NCBI RefSeq assembly: GCF_001194135.2
Contig: NC_069004.1
Coordinates: forward strand, 691,645 to 730,777
Length of the DNA: 39,133 bases
Reading direction: 5' to 3'
Origin: Octopus bimaculoides
Taxonomy: Eukaryota
Part shown: positions 22,900 through 35,646 of the stretch, one piece after another
Layout: each line of letters starts with the position of its first letter
How positions within the stretch are numbered: position 1 is the first letter of the stretch
Notes under the pieces: model-generated
Database searches by the model: none
Seen by the model: only the letters and a program-made list of their open reading frames with translations
Told to the model about the DNA's origin: nothing
Translations under genes and position numbers: made by a program

Positions 22900-23823
22900 A
22901 TGTGCATTATTATCCTGAAAGATTGCGTTTCCCCCCGGAAACAGTTCCGTAACGATAGGATGAATTTGATCAGATAAAATGCTTAAGTAGTCTTGACTAT
23001 TAATTCTGCCATGAAGGGAAACCATTGAGGCGGCGGATTTCCAAGATATAACCCCACCCCACCGATCATCACAAATCCTCCTCCATGTTTAACAGTTGGA
23101 AGAAAGCAGTCTGGGTCAAATGCTTCTTTTGGCTGTCTCCACACGTATACTCGGCCGGTGGTTGGAAATAAGGTAAAGGATGACTCGTCCGAGAAAATAA
23201 CATTATTTCACTGCTCTAAGTAGGTTTTTACTCCACTCTCAACGCTTTGCAACGTTTGTTTTTGAAAGTAGTAGTTTTCTGATTGCAGCCCTCCCGTGAA
23301 ATCCGGCATTGTGCAGCTCCTGGCGAACAGTTTTGTGGAAACTGGGTTTTAGAGGTGATCATTAAGCTCTACAGTAATTTTGGGAGCTGTACTTTTGTGA
23401 TCCTTTCTAACAATTCGCGTAAGAGTCCAACGGTCCCTATGTGAAAGTTTTGGTTTTTTTCCGGAGTTTTGTTTCAACGAGGATGTTTTTCTCTCTTTCT
23501 CAAAGGCTGTTATTACTTTCGAGACAGTACTTCTTGATACACCAAATATTTCGGCTGTTTTCATTACGCTAGCCCTTGCCATACGAGCATCAACAATTTG
23601 ACCTCTTTCAAAATCCGATAGATTTGTCATTTTAATGAATGTTAATTTCCCTTTTCTGATGATATCTGAAAAGAAACAGCAGTTTTAGCAAAATATATTA
23701 AGCAAGACTAATAATAAAATTTTAAAAAAACATAAAAATAAACAAGCTTTTGACGGTTTAATAGATGTTTCAAGCTTATGATGCTATGATGGTAGGTGCT
23801 TCCATTATTTTGCCCAATCCCTG
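22900..23823 (-). mobile_element. Truncated Tc1-like transposon
   Basis: TIR-like CAGGGATTGGGCAAAATAATGGAAGCACC at 23823; N-terminal HTH ORF 23349-23630 (LSDFERGQIV...GVSRSTVSKV); FSDESSF, TVKHGGG and FQDNNAH catalytic-region motifs; frameshifted and cut after the second Asp motif. Confidence 0.92.
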
Positions 23824-24159
23824 TNNNNNNNNNNNNNNNNNNNNNNNNNNNNNNNNNNNNNNNNNNNNNNNNNNNNNNNNNNNNNNNNNNNNNNNNNNNN
23901 NNNNNNNNNNNNNNNNNNNNNNNNNNNNNNNNNNNNNNNNNNNNNNNNNNNNNNNNNNNNNNNNNNNNNNNNNNNNNNNNNNNNNNNNNNNNNNNNNNNN
24001 NNNNNNNNNNNNNNNNNNNNNNNNNNNNNNNNNNNNNNNNNNNNNNNNNNNNNNNNNNNNNNNNNNNNNNNNNNAAAAAACTAAAAAATCCAAAAGAATA
24101 TTTATAATCCATTAAATCTAAAAATATTAGATTAAAAAATTTAATTCAGTTTAGTAAAT

Positions 24160-24565
24160 TTATAAAAACGAAAGTGAATAATAGACTACGCTCGTTTCGT
24201 GGCCACATAAAAGTGGAAGAGATCTGGGCAATTTACAACTCCCTGGCTTTTCAACAATCTGAATGTTGAGTTTGGTCTCCTTCAGGGCTTTTCTAAATCT
24301 ACGGGCTAGTTCTCCATGGGCTGTGGCCTCTACAAACATCACTCCTTGATATTTGTCGGTTTTATACCATATGTTCGCCCTGTTTGCTTTGTCACAAGTT
24401 CTTTGTATCCTATTCCAGTCTTTGTTTCTATATCTAGAGCAGGTACCACTGGCATCATTGCGTATAATGTTATCTAATTTCCTTCTAGCATTCCAGTATA
24501 CTCGAACCCTATATTTTTGATCATATCAAGAGAATTGCATGTGGTGCATGAAGTTCTGTACATGG
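24160..24565 (-). mobile_element. Penelope-like retroelement fragment (Neptune-type RT-to-GIY-YIG linker)
   Basis: Manual extension of ORF 24160-24342 through one stop: QFS*YDQKYRVRV...RYRNKDWNR...WYKTDKYQGVMFVEATAHGELARRFRKALKETKLNIQIVEKPG. This resembles the SGY...WYK...LFVPxTPxGELA...IKVVExxG pattern as I recall it. Confidence 0.7.
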
Positions 24566-25016
24566 CGGCAACCTGGGTCAGCTTGACATCCGCATCTTAT
24601 CCAAGCACCCAAAAGACCCAACACTCAGACAAATACAGGAGTACGTCCTCATAAATGAAAGTCCCCCATTACTAAATAGGAAATATACATAGTAGATATC
24701 CCACACCCACAGTTTACACAGGTAGAGTAGAATAGTTAGTGGGCTTTTATGTAGATAGATGTATGTGTGTGTATGTATATATATGTATATGCACATGTAT
24801 ATAAACATATGGAAATGAAAGTAAACAGATCAACATACAGACGGATAGGTTATATATGAACAGAGAAGCACACATACGCACACATACACAAATGGAAACT
24901 GAAACACATGACCATATATGCACACACACTTTACTTCACACAAGGACACATATGGAGGCACACGTCCACACATATGGAGATGTACATCCATACATATAAA
25001 CACGGTACATAGTTGC

Positions 25017-25069
<53 letters not shown>

Positions 25070-25604
25070 ACACACACTCACACACTCACACACACGCACA
25101 CACTCAGACATGCACATACAAGGAAACAGAGGTACACACACACATATACAAACACACACACGTNNNNNNNNNNNNNNNNNNNNNNNNNNNNNNNNNNNNN
25201 NNNNNNNNNNNNNNNNNNNNNNNNNNNNNNNNNNNNNNNNNNNNNNNNNNNNNNNNNNNNNNNNNNNNNNNNNNNNNNNNNNNNNNNNNNNNNNNNNNNN
25301 NNNNNNNNNNNNNNNNNNNNNNNNNNNNNNNNNNNNNNNNNNNNNNNNNNNNNNNNNNNNNNNNNNNNNNNNNNNNNNNNNNNNNNNNNNNNNNNNNNNN
25401 NNNNNNNNNNNNNNNNNNNNNNNNNNNNNNNNNNNNNNNNNNNNNNNNNNNNNNNNNNNNNNNNNNNNNNNNNNNNNNNNNNNNNNNNNNNNNNNNNNNN
25501 NNNNNNNNNNNNNNNNNNNNNNNNNNNNNNNNNNNNNNNNNNNNNNNNNNNNNNNNNNNNNNNNNNNNNNNNNNNNNNNNNNNNNNNNNNNNNNNNNNNN
25601 NNNN

Positions 25605-25639
<35 letters not shown>

Positions 25640-26094
25640 ACAAACAAAACAAAGAAAAAAATCAAAACAAAATACTCACTTTGTATGTGCACATAGGCAT
25701 AGATATTGTAGATATATTTGTGTACGCATATGTAAATATACATTCATACGCACGCACGCATACACACACACATTACATACGTACCCCCTATATTTATTTA
25801 TATATATAAACGTTTACTTATATATATGTGTGTAACTGTATATAAATGTACATTCAGGTATACATATAGACATACGAACGCACGAACACATTTATATATA
25901 GCCAAAAGATGGCAGTCAGCTTTTAATATAATAAATATATCTATTCACTTTACCCAACATATTGTTCTATAATCAGTCATTCTCTGCGCTATGTAAAATA
26001 TATTTCTATATATTTTACAATGATATATTTTAGATTATGATACAACCATCCCCCACACAAGTATGCACAAATACACAAGCAAGCTCTCGCACGC

Positions 26095-26137
<43 letters not shown>

Positions 26138-26337
26138 GTAGATTTCAGGTAGACTAAGACTTCAAGTTTTACTTATCGATTTATTCAACCAGTGAAGACA
26201 ATCATTTTTTCGTGTTTATAGTGGTGATTTTTTTATACTTAGTTTAAAAAATGCAGAAATATTCGAAAACAGTTATGTTATTCATTTATAAGATTACTTT
26301 TCAAAATACCACTGAAACCCATAAAAACTTTTAACTT

Positions 26338-26883
26338 AATTTCATGGATATTACACTGATGCTAGATAATTCACTACACCGTCCATATAGAAAACCTTAA
26401 CGAAAATGAAATACATTAAAACGTTATCTAACCACCCGAAGAATAGTTATTTATAATTTCGTCTAAACATACTGAAAATTTCTCCATTATCCCGTAGTGA
26501 AACTATCTCATCATTAAAACAAAGCCTAAAAATTGTGGCTACACAGAAGAAATCAAATCTTATACTGACACAATAAAACTCCATCTTAAGAATAGAAATA
26601 AGAAAAGGCACATAATCTCACACATTTCACCAAGCAATCCAGAATCAAAACTCCAACAGCGGAAACAAATAAGCTTTTACAAAAACATGTTTAACTAACC
26701 GTTAGTATTACAAACTGTTAAATAAAAACAAAATAATAATCTCACAATTAATAACAAATTTCAACCAAGCAAAATAGAACCATGAAACCGATGATAAAAA
26801 TCGAAACAACTGCAACAACAGTTATGGAAGCAATTTTCGTTGGAAAATGCCAGATTAAATAGATAATTTATTATGCTACTGTC
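26338..26883 (+). mobile_element. Penelope-like retroelement fragment (Penelope/Poseidon-type RT thumb to GIY motif)
   Basis: Across frameshifts: NFMDITL...PYRKP, YIKTLSNHP, LKNCGY, KKRHII, YKLLNKNKIIIS, GKCQIK*IIYYATV. Confidence 0.75.
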
Positions 26884-27009
26884 TATACCAATCCTTCACC
26901 ACGCTCTCATTTCCATCCTCCGTTAATTCAGTCTACTTTTCCATCAAATGCTTCCTCTCCAACTCCCTAAGACTTTTTCTCATATACCGGGTAAATCGCA
27001 ATCTCATTC

Positions 27010-27350
27010 AAAATTAGATTTCATCAACACAAATCAGATTTAATCAATGTTTTCCATTCCATCTGCAGTGTAGAAAGTGACACTCAATAATCTCTTTGAA
27101 TAACAGTCGCAGGATTTGATGTTTTTCCCGAAATCTTTCCTTATAGTAATTGTCTTTTAATGTTATTTATTCTACATGGATGAATGATAACGTATTTTCC
27201 CCACTTCAAATGCTTACAGAACATTTGTGTCCCAATGTTTTTCAGATACATGAAGAACGTGAATTTTGACATTCATCATTTTATTGACAAGTAATTAAGC
27301 TGACATTTATTTTTAAGTCATATCACATTCCATTTAGCGATATGTGTTCT
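27010..27350 (-). mobile_element. Highly decayed LINE AP-endonuclease fragment
   Basis: Across stops and frameshifts: THIAKWNV..., KIHVLHVSE and TFYTADGMENID, echoing the IxTWNV, IDILGxSE and TWxxxDG..NxID motifs of APE domains. Confidence 0.45.
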
Positions 27351-28143
27351 CGAGATATTCTTACTATCTTCTCTCTCTACGTTTGAGAGCTATTCAATGA
27401 GTTGTACTGTCATTGAGAATAATATGCCGAAAATATGCTTGGGCACAAACTAAATCACTTCTCAAAAGAGTATATCCAGAGTGGGGTCGGTAACGAGATA
27501 TCGCCTGCGATTTCAAAACATTATTATACTGTGGAATAGCGTAGGGCACTTAATTTAGAATTGCCGTTTGTTGAAATATATTCGACCGTCATTTTCAGGT
27601 CCCCAGAGAACTACGCTACTGATCAGTACTCTGCAACTCACCTAGGTTTGATCTTCCAGACAAGAAGATATACCGAGGTTTGATTGGGAACTCTCACTCT
27701 CTATCTCGTGCGCACGCACACACTCATGCACGCATACACAAACGAAAATCAACTAAGAGAACTACGCCAGAGTGGCCAGTGGCCTGAATTTGTACACAAG
27801 CATGAAGAGAGACTAAATAAATGACGTATTGGAATTATCCTCACTTCGAGAGAAAACAAACAAACGCCAAGTGGTAATTACAGCCGGTAGCAAATAAGAA
27901 AGGGAGATAATCTGAATAACGAACAACTCCTGAATTAATATGACGTTAACAAGAAGAGAATCTGCTTTTTACTTTTAGAGGACAGCACCGTACACCTGCT
28001 TCTACCTAAATAGGGATCATACACACATACACACATGTATATATTATAAAAAATGAGCTACTACTTGTTGCTACATATTCAATTGTGCAACTTTGTAAAG
28101 AGACTTATTTTCTTACTTATCAATGCTTAAAAATATAATCTAA

Positions 28144-28213
<70 letters not shown>

Positions 28214-29162
28214 TACACACACAGTACATCCATATACAACCCAGCTACACAATGGAAAATAAAACGAAACCAAAGCAACAAAAACAGGCACACATACGCA
28301 GAAATTCACACACACTAATGCTCAGGCTTACCTCCGCAAACTACTAATCTCCTGTGCATTGGAATCTTTTTTCTTTTTCTTTCTGACTGCCTGTTATTTG
28401 AAATGGAATTGATTTGACAATATACATATGCACTTTTGTCTATAAATTTTTCCTGTTTTGTTTTTTAGCTTCTTTCTTTCGTTTTATCTTTTAATGAAGG
28501 TCTTACGTCTGTAACATAACGTCGAATGTTGATGAGAAATTGATGACGGCTCATCAACTACAACGAATAATTACTACATCTAATGTAGAAAAAAACATGA
28601 TGAGATTGAAAAGACAAAATAGATAACTATATTTTTTTAAAATCAGTATATTTACTCTCGTTATTTTACTATCAGAAGGTTGTTATAATGTATTTGAGAA
28701 GAATTCAGATGGATGACTTGTATCTATGAATATGTTATATTATATTTGATGGGAGTATCTTTGTTGTATATATCTGTGCCGATATAGGAAAGAGACATGT
28801 AAAGGGTTTCTGCTTCAATTTGAACTCCAATTGTTTTCTTTCTAATTGGAAAGATTTTGTAAGCATAAGGATGATTTTTAAGATTGAGTAATGATGCCAG
28901 TAAAAAATCTGCGAAATAAAATTATATGAAACACATCCTGGATCGTTGAGTGATCCAGGCAGGATGTCACCACAGATTTGTTAAGTCAGATTTGTTCTGG
29001 AGGACAATACAAAAGATCAGATCTGTAGAGGAAGAACAGAGAACTTAGCTGGCAGATAGTCTGAATGTCAGGAACTTAGCGACGTGAGCAGTGAAGCTCA
29101 TTGATCGGCAAATTCTTGCATATGGCAGTCTGCAAGTACCGATGGTCAAATGTTGTGCCTGC

Positions 29163-29194
<32 letters not shown>

Positions 29195-29444
29195 ACACAT
29201 ATGCATAGATACACACAGTATGTATTTGAATAGTTAGACTTATACATCTCTGTTCAGGTTTCAACTAACTAAACGACCTGTCCAAAAAACAAATAGTGAA
29301 AGTATTACTACAACTAATTGCTTTGTATGCGTATGCCAGGGGAGCAAACAGAGAGAACGAGATAGATAATCAGAGAGTAAGAAAGGGGAAGAGAAATAAG
29401 TGAGAAGAGAGACTGACAGAGAAGACGAAGGGAGAATGAGAGAG

Positions 29445-29591
<147 letters not shown>

Positions 29592-30291
29592 GAGTGTGTG
29601 AGAGAGTGAAACGAAAAGTTATGAGTTAGAAGATTATACCGACAATTACAGAAGACAATTACGGATTTCCTTAGCGAAGAATAGACTTCACCGTAACTGA
29701 TGAAAAAGCTGTAAAATATTGTACTTGAGCAGGTTTTAAATTTAGTCTATCAAGAGTATATGTTTGAGTAGAATTACTTTATTTATATGGTTTCTGGTGA
29801 TTATGGCGCTTTATACCATTCGAAATATAATTTTAAAACATAAAACCCACCATTAATTTATGTTAATTGATTTTAGAAGTATACAAATGTATAGAAATAT
29901 AAAAGACGCCCACATATTGTGTTCGGAGACAAATCAGAAATTTAAAAGCAGTGAAACTTTTGACATCCAGAAAAAAAAAATAAATGCTTGGGTTTATTTT
30001 TTCCTTTACTGATGGCCTTGATTATTATCAGTGATTTTGTTAAGTAGTTATATTTCTAGCTAAATACAAACAACGTTATCTTACTGTAATTTAACTATTT
30101 TGATGCTTCTGTTCAAATGAGACGCTCAAAAAGACAAGTATGATTTAGCAAATAGAAAGAAAAAAGAAGAGAAAATATAAGGAAATGACAGTTTTTACAA
30201 CATGTCAACAATCAATATATTCTTATTGTTTAAAAAGTAGTTTGAAGTAGTGTTACTTTACCTTAGCTCAATGAAAACTAAAGGAAAATAT

Positions 30292-30686
30292 TATTGATGT
30301 TGTTGGCACTCCGTCGCTTATGACGTCGAAGGTTCCAGTTGATCCGATCAACGGAACAGCCTGCTCGTGAAATTAACGTGCAAGAGGCTGAGCACTCCAC
30401 AGACACGTGTACCCATAACGCAGTTCTCGGGGATATTCAGCGTGACACAGTTACAGTGTGACAAGGCTGACTCTTTGAATTACAGGCACAACAGTAACAG
30501 GAAGTAAGAGTGAGAGAAAGTTATGGTGAAAGAGTACAGCAGAGTTCACCACCGTCCCCTGCCGGAGCCTCGTGGAGCATTAGGTGTTTTCGCTCAATAA
30601 ACACTCACAACGCCCGGTCTGGGAATCGAAACCGCGATCCTATGACCGCGAGTCCGCTGCCCTAACCACTGGGCCATTGCGCCTCC
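30292..30686 (-). mobile_element. Full-length tRNA-derived SINE, family C, with 15-bp TSD
   Basis: Head GGAGGCGCAATGGCCCAGTGGTTAGG (A box) and GGTTTCGATTCCC (B box); direct repeat ACTAAAGGAAAATAT at 30277-30291 and 30687-30701. Confidence 0.92.
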
Positions 30687-32180
30687 ACTAAAGGAAAATA
30701 TACAAATGTCATAACATTCCCATTTCCTTCTCACCTTTAAATACAGAATCTCTGAGATTAGTTATAAAGAAAAAAAAAGCCATAAATAGAGAAGCTAATG
30801 GCTCTATGTCAACGAGAAAGTCTTTAAGGTATCACTTGGCCTTCTGGAATATCACCCAAATCTCACATTACATAATCTATTATGCTACAAGAGGAGAGGA
30901 CACAGTTAGTAATGTCATCTTAGATATGATACACTACGTCTAGACATAGAATGCAGAATAGTCACTGCTGGAATACTTTTGAACGTAGGTCAGCCGAATA
31001 AGAGCTAATATTAAACTAAACAGCAACTATGTTTTTGATAATTAATTATCAACATCTGTGTTAAAAAGTAAAGAGGAAATAAGATTTTGTAGCATTTACG
31101 AATTTCCCAGTAGCTTCAGTGACATTGAAGTGAAATTACTTTAATGGAGTTTCGAAGCCGTACCGTAATCTCAGATCACCAGAGATCTGTCCCTTACTCT
31201 ACAGCGCTCGCCACGTAAAAACCAATGACTATTAATAGTTATAGCATATAGCAGAACCAGTAAAGTAAATTTTACCTTCTAGCACATAGAATGAATGAAC
31301 TGATCAAAAACCTGAAAAATCTGTTAGTAAGGTAGAACTGAAAGCAAGTTTAATGTCATTAAAGAGCTGAAGATGGTTATGTGATATCAAGTATTGGGTG
31401 TTGAACGCAAGATTGTTTACAACGTAGACAATAATAATGACGAAAACCATCATGGGGATCATAATAATGTTTTTAGTGAAACATGATTTTTATTTGCTAT
31501 TTAATGTTTCAGATATTTTATGGCATTGCGTTCTATGCGTGCATTTTTCGACATCGCATGATTCGTATGATACGGAAATTGGTAACTGATGAATTAAAAA
31601 TATCTGCAAGGTACAATGCAAAGTTTAGCCATCAGTTGTAATTAACAATACATAGAACCTGGACGACAACAAAAGGCACTTCACAATAATACCTTCATGA
31701 TCAAGAACCTTGTGAAGGTTTGAAACTTGAAAAGACCAACACATTAGAGAGATTTCTGAAACATTAGTAATGAATATTTGATGAGAATTCAAACAAGTTC
31801 CGCTTTCCTGCTGACGCATGTTTCCTATCGTTGGCAAAGTAATAGAAAAGTTGACAAAGCAACATCATACGAATGGAATAAGCTGCTGTGACCATATTTG
31901 CTTTTAATGTTTTGATTGACAGAATTGATCAATACAACTGCAAAGACATACANNNNNNNNNNNNNNNNNNNNNNNNNNNNNNNNNNNNNNNNNNNNNNNN
32001 NNNNNNNNNNNNNNNNNNNNNNNNNNNNNNNNNNNNNNNNNNNNNNNNNNNNNNNNNNNNNNNNNNNNNNNNNNNNNNNNNNNNNNNNNNNNNNNNNNNN
32101 NNNNNNNNNNNNNNNNNNNNNNNNNNNNNNNNNNNNNNNNNNNNNNNNNNNNNNNNNNNNNNNNNNNNNNNNNNNNNNNN

Positions 32181-32223
<43 letters not shown>

Positions 32224-32226
32224 TGC

Positions 32227-32267
<41 letters not shown>

Positions 32268-32336
32268 ATGATAATAATAATAATAACATCGAAAAATACC
32301 TTAAGAATGAGAACCCAGGTTTTAAATTTCCCCAAG

Positions 32337-32380
32337 ACACCTGATGAAGGCTGGAAGGTATATCAGCCGAAACGTTGTGT
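32337..32380 (+). ncRNA. Minimal type I hammerhead ribozyme-like motif
   Basis: ACAC CUGAUGA A GGCUG gaagguauau CAGCC GAAA CG UU GUGU: stem I ACAC/GUGU, 5-bp stem II, self-complementary stem III, GUU triplet. Confidence 0.75.
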
Positions 32381-32715
32381 TAACAACAAACAAGATGAGG
32401 ACAAATATCCGTCAAATGTAAATAATGTAAATAATGTACATAATTCCACATCTCTTAAATATAGAACTCAAGTATAATAGATCCAATAGAAAGGTTCAAA
32501 TCAGACAGACTACGATTAACACATGCCTATACGGATTTAATTAGGATAAAATAAGAATTGTCCAATCGAAACATATATTGATATATTAGAAATATAAAAA
32601 TATAGAAATATAAAAATATATGAATACTAAAAATATACATGGACATATAGATATATAAATATATAAACATAATAATAATGGAATATAGATAAAAATAATA
32701 ATGGAATATAGAAAA

Positions 32716-32802
32716 AAAATTTTCGTTGCGTCTTGCAACCTTTTCAATAGTTGTTCAGAGTCAACAACTATTGAAAAGGTAGCAAGACACAACGAAAATT
32801 TT
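32716..32802. repeat. 40-bp-stem hairpin
   Basis: Arms 32716-32755 and 32763-32802, 2 mismatches, 7-nt loop CAGAGTC. Confidence 0.92.
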
Positions 32803-32974
32803 AGAAATATAATAATAAGGAAATGAGTAGAAATTTTACCGGTGAGTGTGATAAATTATAAGGCACTAAAAGAGAATGACTCCCCAGACACAACAGAATA
32901 TGCTTCAATACACGAACTCACATAAAGAATCTTGCAAGCCAAATCCCAAAACGAAATATAATATATATATATAT

Positions 32975-33432
32975 ATATATTATTTAAAAGAGTTCCAACT
33001 CTGTCTGTTTTTTATGTTTTATTTATATTCTTATAAAATTAATGTGGGATATAGAATATGGAATATATAATATAATATAAATAGTAAAATGAAATGAAGT
33101 ATTGAATGTCTTATTGAATATATGAAATATTGAGTATTAAATATAGAGAATTAAATATACCTATTGGTATTCATCAAAGCCTCGTCTGACAGACTGTACC
33201 AAACTGTCAGACGAGGCTTTGATGAATATCAATAGGCATGAAAGTATATACTAGCCTTTATATATTTAATTCTCTATATTTAATACTCAATATTTCATAT
33301 ATTCAATAAGACATTCAATACTTCATTTCATTTTACTATTTATATTATATTATATTATATATCCCACATTAATTTTATAAGAATATAAATAAAACATAAA
33401 AAACAGAGTTGGAACTCTTTTAAATAATATAT
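32975..33432. repeat. ~460-bp near-perfect inverted repeat
   Basis: Outer arms about 32975-33159 and 33261-33432; inner arms 33160-33192 and 33204-33236; 11-nt loop; 24-nt segment 33237-33260 present only in the right arm. Confidence 0.93.
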
Positions 33433-34319
33433 TCCTCTATACACGATCATATAAAACCCTTTTTTGTATATTTTTTTATTTTTATTTTTATTTTTATTCA
33501 CACACACACACACACACATATGTGCAAGGATATATTAGAATGAAATAAAACAGATGTTTATTGATCTTGTGTTTGAAAAATGTTCCCTAAAAATCATTTT
33601 TTTCCTCTTTTATTAAGAACTGGTTCATAGCTTGAATATCGGGTTTGATATAACTTTATAACTTTAAGTCAATGTTGTCATTGTTGTTTTTGTTTTTGTG
33701 TCAGTACTTTAAGCTGTAATTGAGCAGACCAGTAATACAGGTACAGCTTAGTGGCTCATTTAGAAAAGGCTTAGAAATTAATCAGGCCTCTTATAACGTA
33801 ACTATATACATCTAATTTTGCATTCATTATTTTGTGGAAACCTGTTGACAGTGATAGGAGCACTCCACCAAAGAAGAATTTGGACTAAAACCGTTCACCA
33901 ATGTATATCAGAGTCTGCTAAATATTGACAACAAAATTTATAGCTCATCTTTAAACCTTCACCTCAAAGATATATTTGCCCCATACGAACAATGATATAT
34001 CATTGTGGAACGATGAAGGTAATTTGGAAAGCAGGATAAAACACCATGCCCAACAAGAAATCGATGATGGTCAAAGCTTGACATACTGAGTAAGACTGAA
34101 ATTCCAGCTCATCATTTAGAGAGCTCAATTTATTACTACAGATATCTCCAGCCATTACGATTGATTTCCCCAACTACAAGCAAAGGTACACTCCTAAAGT
34201 AACAGATACGTCTGCGACACTCCGCTCTCTACGGCAATACCATAAAAACAACAACAGTATCGATAATATCAAATACTATGCTGCACAACACGCGATATTT
34301 GTAAATAAACAGCAAATGT

Positions 34320-34741
34320 CTACTTTATGGCTCAGAAACATGGTGAGTGACCAAGACTAACACTCACAAGCTCCAGACATGCACTAACAGATGTCTCAGA
34401 AACATCCTTAACATCAGGTGGCCAGAAGACGTCTCCAATGAACAACTGTGGGACAGGACAAGACAAGCCCCAATCGAGAAGATATCAAGAAACGAAAATG
34501 GGGATGGATAGGTCACACGCCACAAAGGCCTGCATCAAATGTCACCAAGCAGGTCCTTGACTGTAACCCATGGAGGAAGCGACAAGTGGGCCGACCAAAA
34601 CACTCTTGGCGCAAGAGTGTCGACGCAGAGACGAGGGTAGCCAGAATGACGTGGGCCGAGCTGAAGAGGCTTCCCCAGAACCCCGTCCGTTGGAAAAATG
34701 TTGTTGCGGCCCTCTGTTGCCCGAGGAATCAAGAGGCCTAA
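34320..34741 (+). mobile_element. 3' end of a second RTE-type LINE
   Basis: LLYGSETW*VTKTNTHKLQTCTNRCLRNILNIRWPEDVSNEQLW, then after a frameshift KRKWGWIGHT...GRPKHSWRKSV...RWKNVVAALC; ends at a (TA)n tract. Confidence 0.88.
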
Positions 34742-34746
34742 GACAG

Positions 34747-34793
<47 letters not shown>

Positions 34794-34923
34794 NNNNNNN
34801 NNNNNNNNNNNNNNNNNNNNNNNNNNNNNNNNNNNNNNNNNNNNNNNNNNNNNNNNNNNNNNNNNNNNNNNNNNNNNNNNNNNNNNNNNNNNNNNNNNNN
34901 NNNNNNNNNNNNNNNNNNNNNNN

Positions 34924-34974
<51 letters not shown>

Positions 34975-35646
34975 CGCACTTCAACTGAATTCACTTTTCC
35001 TTCACCACTAGCCATCACCAGAACCTGCACATATATAGAAATAGATTGGGAAGAGAATAAAATGCAACATATCACCATGAAAACCTGTCCGATTAACCGC
35101 CATATAGCAGTATGTGCGGTTTTCAGTAAGATTAATAATTTGTAGATCATTATATTCAGATTTATAACATATCATTTGTCAGATTATCATCATGCCATAA
35201 GTCTACTTGACCAGGGCTGGTCGGAGACACTAAACAACGATGCTTGAATGTTTTACGAAATCAACTTATATATCAATGTCAGAATTCTGCTGAAATAGAG
35301 GTGACCAGTTCAATCCAACAAGAACAACCACAATATATACAATGGTTTGCTGGTGCTATCAGAAACGAAGCTATCTTAATTCTGGTAATTGAGAGATAAT
35401 TTAAATGCGAAGTTCTTATATGAATTTTATTAATAGTTATTGAATTCTGACTTTTCCACCAAGTAGCTAACTTATCTCTTTGGGTTCGTTTGGCTTGTTT
35501 ATTCTGTGTTTTCCCTCTCTTTTAGAAATCTGTAAGTTACGAAGATATTTCTAATGATATATAATATTTAAGGGCTTGCAACCAATTTGAAATTAAAGCG
35601 GTAGATTCGCAGAGTCATATAAGTGTCAGAGAAAATGTTTTACAGT

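Noticed and set aside
24918-25835. Longest ORFs in the track (305, 270, 227 aa, etc.)
   Set aside because: Made of N gaps and dinucleotide repeats.
28933-28968. Small hairpin CCTGGATC-N7-GATCCAGG
   Set aside because: An 8-bp stem can occur by chance in 39 kb; no supporting context.
30612-30686. tRNA gene
   Set aside because: This is the tRNA-like head of a SINE: no complete cloverleaf, and it continues into the SINE body bounded by TSDs.
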